Source: the human T2T-CHM13v2.0 reference genome, Homo sapiens
Strand: one strand, 5' to 3'
Assembly: GCF_009914755.1 (NCBI RefSeq)
Contig: NC_060929.1
Length of the DNA: 64,000 bases
The notes under the pieces were generated by a model. It did no database searches, was not told the origin of the DNA, and saw only the letters and a list, made by a program, of their open reading frames with translations. Numbering within the stretch: the stretch's first letter is position 1; the number at the start of each line of letters is the position of its first letter. Shown here in pieces: positions 32,783-49,952 of the stretch. The position numbers were made by a program, and so were the translations under genes.

Positions 32783-34262
32783 GCCCAGGGCCAGAGGGCA
32801 GGGTCTGTTTGTGCAGGAATAAGTACCGCGTTCATCTTCCAATGACAGGAGTGTGTGCGCCGGAGCTCCCGCATCTCAGTCCCACCTGGATTTACCCACG
32901 ATCTTCGTGTCTTAAAATGCGAAGTTGCCCTTACCTGGATGAAGACAGCAGATCGCTTCATAGGAGCCTTGGCTAAATCTTTGGGCATTTTAATGGGATG
33001 TGGAGGCGTTTCTCTATGTCTTTCCAGCTGGAGGAATCAAGGTGCCTGGGCCTAGAGCATCCTGTGGACAGGCAGCTGCATTCAGAGAGGGAAGCCCTTC
33101 CCAGGAGATCTGTATGGTTTCCTGCTGAAGCCTGGTGTAGCTCTGTCTTAGCTTGTAGGCTTATGTCTGGGTTCCAGTAATTGGAGCTTGCAGAAATGTT
33201 TCCCCGATTGTTGTTCTTCTGTAGAATTTCAACGCTCATATGTATTTTTGTGAGTCACCACGAAAACAGTTAAACTGATCAACCGTTTTCCAAACTGCAG
33301 ACACCAAAATGAAATCACAAAGCACTTTCTTTTTTTCCCCTAAGTTGACTCTTCTATTCCTGCCTGCTGTGCTTTATGTCAGCAAGTGACCCTTTCCTGT
33401 ATTATAATGCAGTATAGTATAGATGCATCATGTAAGACCAGAGAGAAACCGATTCCAAAACCACCTTTCCTCAAGCCGCCGTTTGTAACGACCATATGGG
33501 CGGTTTGAAGGACACAGAGAGAGCCTATTGACACTTCACTTTCGCTACACGTGGTGATTTTTCCAGTGCTTCCGGAGACACTGAAATTTAGTTCCAAACA
33601 TTGCCTTAGAGGATTCTTGATTTTATTCATTCTACCGATGATCCACTCAGAAAATCAAACCTGAGTACGGAGACATTGGAGAAGTCGTTAAAGTGTTGGA
33701 CCAAGTCGGTTCGTCACGAGTGACAAGGTTATTCCACACTCTACTTGTACATACTCTGCTTTGCCTTCATGATGGCAAAGAGTAATTTTTCGCTATAGAG
33801 TAAAAACCCGAGATTTATTACGGAATCAGCGTGAACCTTCCCAGCACAGCTCACAGAGCATACGCCAAAAATTACAGTGTGATTCAGTTTCAAAAATTGT
33901 CTGTAGTGACCTGTGAATTCACAGCTCGTGAGGACATTCTTTAGTTCGGCTGAAGCCAAAAAACCTGGAACCATCGAAATGGGAAGAAGTGGAGTCTGCC
34001 AAATTCTGCCTCTTACACTTTCAGCTACCACGCCATGTTCAACTATTGTACTTGATAAGGATTGGAAACTTAAGGTACTGATAATTTCAACAGAGTTTCA
34101 CCAGAGTAGTATTTCTTGTGAGAAAGCCATGATCTCATCAGTAACGCCTTTCTAAAAGATCCAACAGAAAATATGAACTAGCAACTCATCCTGACAAGGA
34201 AGTAAAACTCAGGAAAAATCCTAAGGCAGAGCAGCGTCAGGCTTCAGTGTGAAACTATCATA

Positions 34263-34601
34263 GTCTGGGCGCGGTGGCTCACGCCTATAGTCCCTTCACT
34301 TTGGGAAGCCAAGGTGGGGCAGATCACCTGAAGTCAGCAGTTCAAGACCAGCCTGGCCAAAATGGCGAGACCTCGTCTCTACTTGAGGAAATACAAAAAT
34401 TTGCCCGGCGTGGTAGCGCGCACATTTAGTCCCAGCCACTCTGGAGGCTGAGGCAGGAGAATCCGTTGAGCCTAGGATGCCGAGGCTGCAGTGGGCTGAG
34501 ATGAGGCCGCTGTAATCCAGCCTGGGGGACAGAGCGAGGCACTGTCTCAGAAATAAACAAATAAAATAAAATAAACTAAAATAAAGTGACGTAAAATAAA
34601 A
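34263..34601 (+). mobile_element. Alu SINE copy
   Basis: Same element, next unit. Confidence 0.95.
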
Positions 34602-35610
34602 TTGAAATAATATTTTCACGTTTCCCTCACCCAGCCCATTTTATTTTCAGAGTATTTGATAAACCGCTTTCTTCCCTGTGCGTTAGAGAGTTTTTTTTCT
34701 CAGACATCGAAGTTTTCTAATGCTCAACTTCGTAAAATGTCTCATTTTTACTGTAAATAGTTTCTTTACTGTTGTGAGATGTGAACTTTGCGATTCTGTG
34801 AAGAGGACTGAATTCTGAAATGCCCCCTGCATTTCCCGCCCCTCAGAGAGTCGCCCTGTGTCTGCCCCTCCCTTGGGTGTGGGCGGAAGCACGAATTGAT
34901 GTGCCCGCCCGACTTCCTGATTAGATTGGGGGGTATCCTGAACCAACGGCTGCTAAGGGCTGGGTCTAATGCAGTCATCTGAGCCCTGTATAAGGGAGGA
35001 CTGAACCCCCCTGTGATTACGCTCCCCTGTGGGAGATTCCCCAGCACTGGCTGTGCACACCCAGGGAGCCTCACGGCCCAGACCTGGGCAGCACGGGTAG
35101 GAGCTGAGAGCATCCTCACGGCAGCAGGCAGAACAAACAAGTGGGCCTGGGGCTCGCAACCCTGAGGCATTGTTGAATTCTGCCACCAACTCGAATCGGA
35201 TCGAAGCCAGACCCTTCTCAGGTGGAGGCAACGACCGCACAGCCAGACCCATCCTGGAGGTCCCTCGTGGGACTCTGAGCAGGAGGCAGTCACTTGGCCT
35301 AGCAGAACTTCTGACCTGTGAGCTGGTGTTTGTTTTAAATACCCCAAATTGGTGAGAATTCGTTCTGTATTGACCTAAAACTAACATACTCTCCTTCCAC
35401 AAGTTTCTTCACACTGTGGAAGCGAGAAAATTCAGTGTGTGTGTTTGTGTGTGGGAAGGGGCGGCCGGGAGCCGTGTCCGGTTACGGCGAAACTGGCTCA
35501 GCAGAAACACAGCAGCTAAAATCTTTGAAAGGTTCTCATCGCAGATCCACAATCAAACCACCCCAGCCGGAACTTCTGCCTGTACAGCTGCTGTCACGGA
35601 GCAGACTTGA

Positions 35611-36216
<606 letters not shown>

Positions 36217-37696
36217 GCCCAGGGCCAGAGGGCAGGGTCTGTTTGTGCAGGAATAAGTACCGCGTTCATCTTCCAATGACAGGAGTGTGTGCGCCGGAGC
36301 TCCCGCATCTCAGTCCCACCTGGATTTACCCACGATCTTCGTGTCTTAAAATGCGAAGTTGCCCTTACCTGGATGAAGACAGCAGATCGCTTCATAGGAG
36401 CCTTGGCTAAATCTTTGGGCATTTTAATGGGATGTGGAGGCGTTTCTCTATGTCTTTCCAGCTGGAGGAATCAAGGTGCCTGGGCCTAGAGCATCCTGTG
36501 GACAGGCAGCTGCATTCAGAGAGGGAAGCCCTTCCCAGGAGATCTGTATGGTTTCCTGCTGAAGCCTGGTGTAGCTCTGTCTTAGCTTGTAGGCTTATGT
36601 CTGGGTTCCAGTAATTGGAGCTTGCAGAAATGTTTCCCCGATTGTTGTTCTTCTGTAGAATTTCAACGCTCATATGTATTTTTGTGAGTCACCACGAAAA
36701 CAGTTAAACTGATCAACCGTTTTCCAAACTGCAGACACCAAAATGAAATCACAAAGCACTTTCTTTTTTTCCCCTAAGTTGACTCTTCTATTCCTGCCTG
36801 CTGTGCTTTATGTCAGCAAGTGACCCTTTCCTGTATTATAATGCAGTATAGTATAGATGCATCATGTAAGACCAGAGAGAAACCGATTCCAAAACCACCT
36901 TTCCTCAAGCCGCCGTTTGTAACGACCATATGGGCGGTTTGAAGGACACAGAGAGAGCCTATTGACACTTCACTTTCGCTACACGTGGTGATTTTTCCAG
37001 TGCTTCCGGAGACACTGAAATTTAGTTCCAAACATTGCCTTAGAGGATTCTTGATTTTATTCATTCTACCGATGATCCACTCAGAAAATCAAACCTGAGT
37101 ACGGAGACATTGGAGAAGTCGTTAAAGTGTTGGACCAAGTCGGTTCGTCACGAGTGACAAGGTTATTCCACACTCTACTTGTACATACTCTGCTTTGCCT
37201 TCAGGATGGCAAAGAGTAATTTTTCGCTATAGAGTAAAAACCCGAGATTTATTACGGAATCAGCGTGAACCTTCCCAGCACAGCTCACAGAGCATACGCC
37301 AAAAATTACAGTGTGATTCAGTTTCAAAAATTGTCTGTAGTGACATGTGAATTCACAGCTCGTGAGGACATTCTTTAGTTCGGCTGAAGCCAAAAAACCT
37401 GGAACCATCGAAATGGGAAGAAGTGGAGTCTGCCAAATTCTGCCTCTTACACTTTCAGCTACCACGCCATGTTCAACTATTGTACTTGATAAGGATTGGA
37501 AACTTAAGGTACTGATAATTTCAACAGAGTTTCACCAGAGTAGTATTTCTTGTGAGAAAGCCATGATCTCATCAGTAACGTCTTTCTAAAAGATCCAACA
37601 GAAAATATGAACTAGCAACTCATCCTGACAAGGAAGTAAAACTCAGGAAAAATCCTAAGGCAGAGCAGCGTCAGGCTTCAGTGTGAAACTATCATA

Positions 37697-38035
37697 GTCT
37701 GGGCGCGGTGGCTCACGCCTATAGTCCCTTCACTTTGGGAAGCCAAGGTGGGGCAGATCACCTGAAGTCAGCAGTTCAAGACCAGCCTGGCCAAAATGGC
37801 GAGACCTCGTCTCTACTTGAGCAAATACAAAAATTTGCCCGGCGTGGTAGCGCGCACATTTAGTCCCAGCCACTCTGGAGGCTGAGGCAGGAGAATCCGT
37901 TGAGCCTAGGATGCCGAGGCTGCAGTGGGCTGAGATGAGGCCGCTGTAATCCAGCCTGGGGGACAGAGCGAGGCACTGTCTCAGAAATAAACAAATAAAA
38001 TAAAATAAACTAAAATAAAGTGACGTAAAATAAAA
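37697..38035 (+). mobile_element. Alu SINE copy
   Basis: Same element, next unit. Confidence 0.95.
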
Positions 38036-38351
38036 TTGAAATAATATTTTCACGTTTCCCTCACCCAGCCCATTTTATTTTCAGAGTATTGGATAAACCG
38101 CTTTCTTCCCTGTGCGTTAGAGAGTTTTTTTTCTCAGACATCGAAGTTTTCTAATGCTCAACTTCGTAAAATGTCTCATTTTTACTGTAAATAGTTTCTT
38201 TACTGTTGTGAGATGTGAACTTTGCGATTCTGTGAAGAGGACTGAATTCTGAAATGCCCCCTGCATTTCCCGCCCCTCAGAGAGTCGCCCTGTGTCTGCC
38301 CCTCCCTTGGGTGTGGGCGGAAGCACGAATTGATGTGCCCGCCCGACTTCC

Positions 38352-38362
38352 TGATTAGATTA
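38352..38362 (-). promoter_or_regulatory. Perfect DUX4 motif, unit 12
   Basis: + strand TGATTAGATTA. Confidence 0.75.
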
Positions 38363-39044
38363 GGGGGTATCCTGAACCAACGGCTGCTAAGGGCTGGGTC
38401 TAATGCAGTCATCTGAGCCCTGTATAAGGGAGGACTGAACCCCCCTGTGATTACGCTCCCCTGTGGGAGATTCCCCAGCACTGGCTGTGCACACCCAGGG
38501 AGCCTCACGGCCCAGACCTGGGCAGCACGGGTAGGAGCTGAGAGCATCCTCACGGCAGCAGGCAGAACAAACAAGTGGGCCTGGGGCTCGCAACCCTGAG
38601 GCATTGTTGAATTCTGCCACCAACTCGAATCGGATCGAAGCCAGACCCTTCTCAGGTGGAGGCAACGACCGCACAGCCAGACCCATCCTGGAGGTCCCTC
38701 GTGGGACTCTGAGCAGGAGGCAGTCACTTGGCCTAGCAGAACTTCTGACCTGTGAGCTGGTGTTTGTTTTAAATACCCCAAATTGGTGAGAATTCGTTCT
38801 GCATTGACCTAAAACTAACATACTCTCCTTCCACAAGTTTCTTCACACTGTGGAAGCGAGAAAATTCAGTGTGTGTGTTTGTGTGTGGGAAGGGGCGGCC
38901 GGGAGCCGTGTCCGGTTACGGCGAAACTGGCTCAGCAGAAACACAGCAGCTAAAATCTTTGAAAGGTTCTCATCGCAGATCCACAATCAAACCACCCCAG
39001 CCGGAACTTCTGCCTGTACAGCTGCTGTCACGGAGCAGACTTGA

Positions 39045-39650
<606 letters not shown>

Positions 39651-41130
39651 GCCCAGGGCCAGAGGGCAGGGTCTGTTTGTGCAGGAATAAGTACCGCGTT
39701 CATCTTCCAATGACAGGAGTGTGTGCGCCGGAGCTCCCGCATCTCAGTCCCACCTGGATTTACCCACGATCTTCGTGTCTTAAAATGCGAAGTTGCCCTT
39801 ACCTGGATGAAGACAGCAGATCGCTTCATAGGAGCCTTGGCTAAATCTTTGGGCATTTTAATGGGATGTGGAGGCGTTTCTCTATGTCTTTCCAGCTGGA
39901 GGAATCAAGGTGCCTGGGCCTAGAGCATCCTGTGGACAGGCAGCTGCATTCAGAGAGGGAAGCCCTTCCCAGGAGATCTGTATGGTTTCCTGCTGAAGCC
40001 TGGTGTAGCTCTGTCTTAGCTTGTAGGCTTATGTCTGGGTTCCAGTAATTGGAGCTTGCAGAAATGTTTCCCCGATTGTTGTTCTTCTGTAGAATTTCAA
40101 CGCTCATATGTATTTTTGTGAGTCACCACGAAAACAGTTAAGCTGATCAACCGTTTTCCAAACTGCAGACACCAAATTGAAATCACAAAGCACTTTCTTT
40201 TTTTCCCCTAAGTTGACTCTTCTATTCCTGCCTGCTGTGCTTTATGTCAGCAAGTGACCCTTTCCTGTATTATAATGCAGTATAGTATAGATGCATCATG
40301 TAAGACCAGAGAGAAACCGATTCCAAAACCACCTTTCCTCAAGCCGCCGTTTGTAACGACCATATGGGTGGTTTGAAGGACACAGAGAGAGCCTATTGAC
40401 ACTTCACTTTCGCTACACGTGGTGATTTTTCCAGTGCTTCCGGAGACACTGAAATTTAGTTCCAAACATTGCCTTAGAGGATTCTTCATTTTATTCATTC
40501 TACCGATGATCCACTCAGAAAATCAAACCTGAGTACGGAGACATTGGAGAAGTCGTTAAAGTATTGGACCAAGTCGGTTCGTCACGAGTGACAAAGTTAT
40601 TCCACACTCTACTTGTACATACTCTGCTTTGCCTTCATGATGGCAAAGAGTAATTTTTCGCTATAGAGTAAAAACCCGAGATTTATTACGGAATCAGCGT
40701 GAACCTTCCCAGCACAGCTCACAGAGCATACGCCAAAAATTACAGTGTGATTCAGTTTCAAAAATTGTCTGTAGTGACCTGTGAATTCACAGCTCGTGAG
40801 GACATTCTTTAGTTCGGCTGAAGCCAAAAAACCTGGAACCATCGAAATGGGAAGAAGTGGAGTCTGCCAAATTCTGCCTCTTACACTTTCAGCTACCACG
40901 CCATGTTCAACTATTGTACTTGATAAGGATTGGAAACTTAAGGTACTGATAATTTCAGCAGAGTTTCACCAGAGTAGTATTTCTTGTGAGAAAGCCATAA
41001 TCTCATCAGTAACGCCTTTCTAAAAGATCCAACAGAAAATATGAACTAGCAACTCATCCTGACAAGGAAGTAAAACTCAGGAAAAATCCTAAGGCAGAGC
41101 AGCGTCAGGCTTCAGTGTGAAACTATCATA

Positions 41131-41469
41131 GTCTGGGCGCGGTGGCTCACGCCTATAGTCCCTTCACTTTGGGAAGCCAAGGTGGGGCAGATCACCTGAA
41201 GTCAGCAGTTCAAGACCAGCCTGGGCAAAATGGCGAGACCTCGTCTCTACTTGAGCAAATACAAAAATTTGCCCGGCGTGGTAGCGCGCACATTTAGTCC
41301 CAGCCACTCTGGAGGCTGAGGCAGGAGAATCCGTTGAGCCTAGGATGCCGAGGCTGCAGTGGGCTGAGATGAGGCCGCTGTAATCCAGCCTGGGGGACAG
41401 AGCGAGGCACTGTCTCAGAAATAAACAAATAAAATAAAATAAACTAAAATAAAGTGACGTAAAATAAAA
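41131..41469 (+). mobile_element. Alu SINE copy
   Basis: Same element, next unit. Confidence 0.95.
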
Positions 41470-42478
41470 TTGAAATAATATTTTCACGTTTCCCTCACCC
41501 AGCCCATTTTATTTTCAGAGTATTTGATAAACCGCTTTCTTCCCTGTGCGTTAGAGAGTTTTTTTTCTCAGACATCGAAGTTTTCTAATGCTCAACTTCG
41601 TAAAATGTCTCATTTTTACTGTAAATAGTTTCTTTACTGTTGTGAGATGTGAACTTTGCGATTCTGTGAAGAGGACTGAATTCTGAAATGCCCCCTGCAT
41701 TTCCCGCCCCTCAGAGAGTCGCCCTGTGTCTGCCCCTCCCTTGGGTGTGGGCGGAAGCACGAATTGATGTGCCCGCCCGACTTCCTCATTAGATTGGGGG
41801 GTATCCTGAACCAACGGCTGCTAAGGGCTGGGTCTAATGCAGTCATCTGAGCCCTGTATAAGGGAGGACTGAACCCCCCTGTGATTACGCTCCCCTGTGG
41901 GAGATTCCCCAGCACTGGCTGTGCACACCCAGGGAGCCTCACGGCCCAGACCTGGGCAGCACGGGTAGGAGCTGAGAGCATCCTCACGGCAGCAGGCAGA
42001 ACAAACAAGTGGGCCTGGGGCTCGCAACCCTGAGGCATTGTTGAATTCTGCCACCAACTCGAATCGGATCGAAGCCAGACCCTTCTCAGGTGGAGGCAAC
42101 GACCGCACAGCCAGACCCATCCTGGAGGTCCCTCGTGGGACTCTGAGCAGGAGGCAGTCACTTGGCCTAGCAGAACTTCTGACCTGTGAGCTGGTGTTTG
42201 TTTTAAATACCCCAAATTGGTGAGAATTCGTTCTGCATTGACCTAAAACTAACATACTCTCCTTCCACAAGTTTCTTCACACTGTGGAAGCGAGAAAATT
42301 CAGTGTGTGTGTTTGTGTGTGGGAAGGGGCGGCCGGGAGCCGTGTCCGGTTACGGCGAAACTGGCTCAGCAGAAACACAGCAGCTAAAATCTTTGAAAGG
42401 TTCTCATCGCAGATCCACAATCAAACCACCCCAGCCGGAACTTCTGCCTGTACAGCTGCTGTCACGGAGCAGACTTGA

Positions 42479-43084
<606 letters not shown>

Positions 43085-44564
43085 GCCCAGGGCCAGAGGG
43101 CAGGGTCTGTTTGTGCAGGAATAAGTACCGCGTTCATCTTCCAATGACAGGAGTGTGTGCGCCGGAGCTCCCGCATCTCAGTCCCACCTGGATTTACCCA
43201 CGATCTTCGTGTCTTAAAATGCGAAGTTGCCCTTACCTGGATGAAGACAGCAGATCGCTTCATAGGAGCCTTGGCTAAATCTTTGGGCATTTTAATGGGA
43301 TGTGGAGGCGTTTCTCTATGTCTTTCCAGCTGGAGGAATCAAGGTGCCTGGGCCTAGAGCATCCTGTGGACAGGCAGCTGCATTCAGAGAGGGAAGCCCT
43401 TCCCAGGAGATCTGTATGGTTTCCTGCTGAAGCCTGGTGTAGCTCTGTCTAAGCTTGTAGGCTTATGTCTGGGTTCCAGTAATTGGAGCTTGCAGAAATG
43501 TTTCCCCGATTGTTGTTCTTCTGTAGAATTTCAACGCTCATATGTATTTTTGTGAGTCACCACGAAAACAGTTAAACTGATCAACCGTTTTCCAAACTGC
43601 AGACACCAAAATGAAATCACAAAGCACTTTCTTTTTTTCCCCTAAGTTGACTCTTCTATTCCTGCCTGCTGTGCTTTATGTCAGCAAGTGACCCTTTCCT
43701 GTATTATAATGCAGTATAGTATAGATGCATCATGTAAGACCAGAGAGAAACCGATTCCAAAACCACCTTTCCTCAAGCCGCCGTTTGTAACGACCATATG
43801 GGCGGTTTGAAGGACACAGAGAGAGCCTACTGACACTTCACTTTCGCTACACGTGGTGATTTTTCCAGTGCTTCCGGAGACACTGAAATTTAGTTCCAAA
43901 CATTGCCTTAGAGGATTCTTGATTTTATTCATTCTACCGATGATCCACTCAGAAAATCAAACCTGAGTACGGAGACATTGGAGAAGTCGTTAAAGTGTTG
44001 GACCAAGTCGGTTCGTCACGAGTGACAAGGTTATTCCACACTCTACTTGTACATACTCTGCTTTGCCTTCATGATGGCAAAGAGTAATTTTTCGCTATAG
44101 AGTAAAAACCCGAGATTTATTACGGAATCAGCGTGAACCTTCCCAGCACAGCTCACAGAGCATACGCCAAAAATTACAGTGTGATTCAGTTTCAAAAATT
44201 TTCTGTAGTGACCTGTGAATTCACAGCTCGTGAGGACATTCTTTAGTTCGGCTGAAGCCAAAAAACCTGGAACCATCGAAATGGGAAGAAGTGGAGTCTG
44301 CCAAATTCTGCCTCTTACACTTTCAGCTACCAAGCCATGTTCAACTATTGTACTTGATAAGGATTGGAAACTTAAGGTACTGATAATTTCAACAGAGTTT
44401 CACCAGAGTAGTATTTCTTGTGAGAAAGCCATGATCTCATCAGTAACGCCTTTCTAAAAGATCCAACAGAAAATATGAACTAGCAACTCATCCTGACAAG
44501 GAAGTAAAACTCAGGAAAAATCCTAAGGCAGAGCAGCGTCAGGCTTCAGTGTGAAACTATCATA

Positions 44565-44903
44565 GTCTGGGCGCGGTGGCTCACGCCTATAGTCCCTTCA
44601 CTTTGGGAAGCCAAGGTGGGGCAGATCACCTGAAGTCAGCAGTTCAAGACCAGCCTGGCCAAAATGGCGAGACCTCGTCTCTACTTGAGCAAATACAAAA
44701 ATTTGCCCGGCGTGGTAGCGCGCACATTTAGTCCCAGCCACTCTGGAGGCTGAGGCAGGAGAATCCGTTGAGCCTAGGATGCCGAGGCTGCAGTGGGCTG
44801 AGATGAGGCCGCTGTAATCCAGCCTGGGGGACAGAGCGAGGCACTGTCTCAGAAATAAACAAATAAAATAAAATAAACTAAAATAAAGTGACGTAAAATA
44901 AAA
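44565..44903 (+). mobile_element. Alu SINE copy
   Basis: Same element, next unit. Confidence 0.95.
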
Positions 44904-45912
44904 TTGAAATAATATTTTCACGTTTCCCTCACCCAGCCCATTTTATTTTCAGAGTATTTGATAAACCGCTTTCTTCCCTGTGCGTTAGAGAGTTTTTTTT
45001 CTCAGACATCGAAGTTTTCTAATGCTCAACTTCGTAAAATGTCTCATTTTTACTGTAAATAGTTTCTTTACTGTTGTGAGATGTGAACTTTGCGATTCTG
45101 TGAAGAGGACTGAATTCTGAAATGCCCCCTGCATTTCCCGCCCCTCAGAGAGTCGCCCTGTGTCTGCCCCTCCCTTGGGTGTGGGCGGAAGCACGAATTG
45201 ATGTGCCCGCCCGACTTCCTCATTAGATTGGGGGGTATCCTGAACCAACGGCTGCTAAGGGCTGGGTCTAATGCAGTCATCTGAGCCCTGTATAAGGGAG
45301 GACTGAACCCCCCTGTGATTACGCTCCCCTGTGGGAGATTCCCCAGCACTGGCTGTGCACACCCAGGGAGCCTCACGGCCCAGACCTGGGCAGCACGGGT
45401 AGGAGCTGAGAGCATCCTCACGGCAGCAGGCAGAACAAACAAGTGGGCCTGGGGCTCGCAACCCTGAGGCATTGTTGAATTCTGCCACCAACTCGAATCG
45501 GATCGAAGCCAGACCCTTCTCAGGTGGAGGCAACGACCGCACAGCCAGACCCATCCTGGAGGTCCCTCGTGGGACTCTGAGCAGGAGGCAGTCACTTGGC
45601 CTAGCAGAACTTCTGACCTGTGAGCTGGTGTTTGTTTTAAATACCCCAAATTGGTGAGAATTCGTTCTGCATTGACCTAAAACTAACATACTCTCCTTCC
45701 ACAAGTTTCTTCACACTGTGGAAGCGAGAAAATTCAGTGTGTGTGTTTGTGTGTGGGAAGGGGCGGCCGGGAGCCGTGTCCGGTTACGGCGAAACTGGCT
45801 CAGCAGAAACACAGCAGCTAAAATCTTTGAAAGGTTCTCATCGCAGATCCACAATCAAACCACCCCAGCCGGAACTTCTGCCTGTACAGCTGCTGTCACG
45901 GAGCAGACTTGA

Positions 45913-46518
<606 letters not shown>

Positions 46519-47998
46519 GCCCAGGGCCAGAGGGCAGGGTCTGTTTGTGCAGGAATAAGTACCGCGTTCATCTTCCAATGACAGGAGTGTGTGCGCCGGA
46601 GCTCCCGCATCTCAGTCCCACCTGGATTTACCCACGATCTTCGTGTCTTAAAATGCGAAGTTGCCCTTACCTGGATGAAGACAGCAGATCGCTTCATAGG
46701 AGCCTTGGCTAAATCTTTGGGCATTTTAATGGGATGTGGAGGCGTTTCTCTATGTCTTTCCAGCTGGAGGAATCAAGGTGCCTGGGCCTAGAGCATCCTG
46801 TGGACAGGCAGCTGCATTCAGAGAGGGAAGCCCTTCCCAGGAGATCTGTATGGTTTCCTGCTGAAGCCTGGTGTAGCTCTGTCTTAGCTTGTAGGCTTAT
46901 GTCTGGGTTCCAGTAATTGGAGCTTGCAGAAATGTTTCCCCGATTGTTGTTCTTCTGTAGAATTTCAACGCTCATATGTATTTTTGTGAGTCACCACGAA
47001 AACAGTTAAGCTGATCAACCGTTTTCCAAACTGCAGACACCAAATTGAAATCACAAAGCACTTTCTTTTTTTCCCCTAAGTTGACTCTTCTATTCCTGCC
47101 TGCTGTGCTTTATGTCAGCAAGTGACCCTTTCCTGTATTATAATGCAGTATAGTATAGATGCATCATGTAAGACCAGAGAGAAACCGATTCCAAAACCAC
47201 CTTTCCTCAAGCCGCCGTTTGTAACGACCATATGGGTGGTTTGAAGGACACAGAGAGAGCCTATTGACACTTCACTTTCGCTACACGTGGTGATTTTTCC
47301 AGTGCTTCCGGAGACACTGAAATTTAGTTCCAAACATTGCCTTAGAGGATTCTTCATTTTATTCATTCTACCGATGATCCACTCAGAAAATCAAACCTGA
47401 GTACGGAGACATTGGAGAAGTCGTTAAAGTATTGGACCAAGTCGGTTCGTCACGAGTGACAAAGTTATTCCACACTCTACTTGTACATACTCTGCTTTGC
47501 CTTCATGATGGCAAAGAGTAATTTTTCGCTATAGAGTAAAAACCCGAGATTTATTACGGAATCAGCGTGAACCTTCCCAGCACAGCTCACAGAGCATACG
47601 CCAAAAATTACAGTGTGATTCAGTTTCAAAAATTGTCTGTAGTGACCTGTGAATTCACAGCTCGTGAGGACATTCTTTAGTTCGGCTGAAGCCAAAAAAC
47701 CTGGAACCATCGAAATGGGAAGAAGTGGAGTCTGCCAAATTCTGCCTCTTACACTTTCAGCTACCACGCCATGTTCAACTATTGTACTTGATAAGGATTG
47801 GAAACTTAAGGTACTGAAAATTTCAACAGAGTTTCACCAGAGTAGTATTTCTTGTGAGAAAGCCATGATCTCATCAGTAACGCCTTTCTAAAAGATCCAA
47901 CAGAAAATATGAACTAGCAACTCATCCTGACAAGGAAGTAAAACTCAGGAAAAATCCTAAGGCAGAGCAGCTTCAGGCTTCAGTGTGAAACTATCATA

Positions 47999-48337
47999 GT
48001 CTGGGCGCGGTGGCTCACGCCTATAGTCCCTTCGCTTTGGGAAGCCAAGGTGGGGCAGATCACCTGAAGTCAGCAGTTCAAGACCAGCCTGGGCAAAATG
48101 GCGAGACCTCGTCTCTACTTGAGCAAATACAAAAATTTGCCCGGCGTGGTAGCGCGCACATTTAGTCCCAGCCACTCTGGAGGCTGAGGCAGGAGAATCC
48201 GTTGAGTCTAGGATGCCGAGGCTGCAGTGGGCTGAGATGAGGCCGCTGTAATCCAGCCTGGGGGACAGAGCGAGGCACTGTCTCAGAAATAAACAAATAA
48301 AATAAAATAAACTAAAATAAAGTGACGTAAAATAAAA
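47999..48337 (+). mobile_element. Alu SINE copy
   Basis: Same element, next unit. Confidence 0.95.
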
Positions 48338-49219
48338 TTGAAATAATATTTTCACGTTTCCCTCACCCAGCCCATTTTATTTTCAGAGTATTTGATAAAC
48401 CGCTTTCTTCCCTGTGCGTTAGAGAGTTTTTTTTCTCAGACATCGAAGTTTTCTAATGCTCAACTTCGTAAAATGTCTCATTTTTACTGTAAATAGTTTC
48501 TTTACTGTTGTGAGATGTGAACTTTGCGATTCTGTGAAGAGGACTGAATTCTGAAATGCCCCCTGCATTTCCCGCCCCTCAGAGAGTCGCCCTGTGTCTG
48601 CCCCTCCCTTGGGTGTGGGCGGAAGCACGAATTGATGTGCCCGCCCGACTTCCTCATTAGATTGGGGGGTATCCTGAACCAACGGCTGCTAAGGGCTGGG
48701 TCTAATCCAGTCATCTGAGCCCTTTATAAGGGAGGACTGAACCCCCCTGTGATTACGCTCCCCTGTGGGAGATTCCCCAGCACTGGCTGTGCACACCCAG
48801 GGAGCCTCACGGCCCAGACCTGGGCAGCACGGGTAGGAGCTGAGAGCATCCTCACGGCAGCAGGCAGAACAAACAAGTGGGCCTGGGGCTCACAACCCTG
48901 AGGCATTGTTGAATTCTGCCACCAACTCGAATCGGATCGAAGCCAGACCCTTCTCAGGTGGAGGCAACGGCCGCACAGCCAGACCCATCCTGGAGGTCCC
49001 TCGTGGGACTCTGAGCAGGAGGCAGTCACTTGGCCTAGCAGAACTTCTGACCTGTGAGCTGGTGTTTGTTTTAAATACCCCAAATTGGTGAGAATTCGTT
49101 CTGCATTGACCTAAAACTAACATACTCTCCTTCCACAAGTTTCTTCACACTGTGGAAGCGAGAAAATTCAGTGTGTGTGTTTGTGTGTGGGAAGGGGCGG
49201 CCGGGAGCCGTGTCCTGTT

Positions 49220-49255
49220 ATGGCGAAACTGGCTCAGCAGAAACACAGCAGCTAA
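49220..49255 (+). other. Variant-created uORF MAKLAQQKHSS* upstream of TAF11L (also 52654-52689 and 59522-59557)
   Basis: gttACGg to gttATGg change. 11 codons then TAA, out of frame with the main ORF. Confidence 0.6.
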
Positions 49256-49346
49256 AATCTTTGAAAGGTTCTCATCGCAGATCCACAATCAAACCACCCC
49301 AGCCGGAACTTCTGCCTGTACAGCTGCTGTCACGGAGCAGACTTGA

Positions 49347-49952
<606 letters not shown>

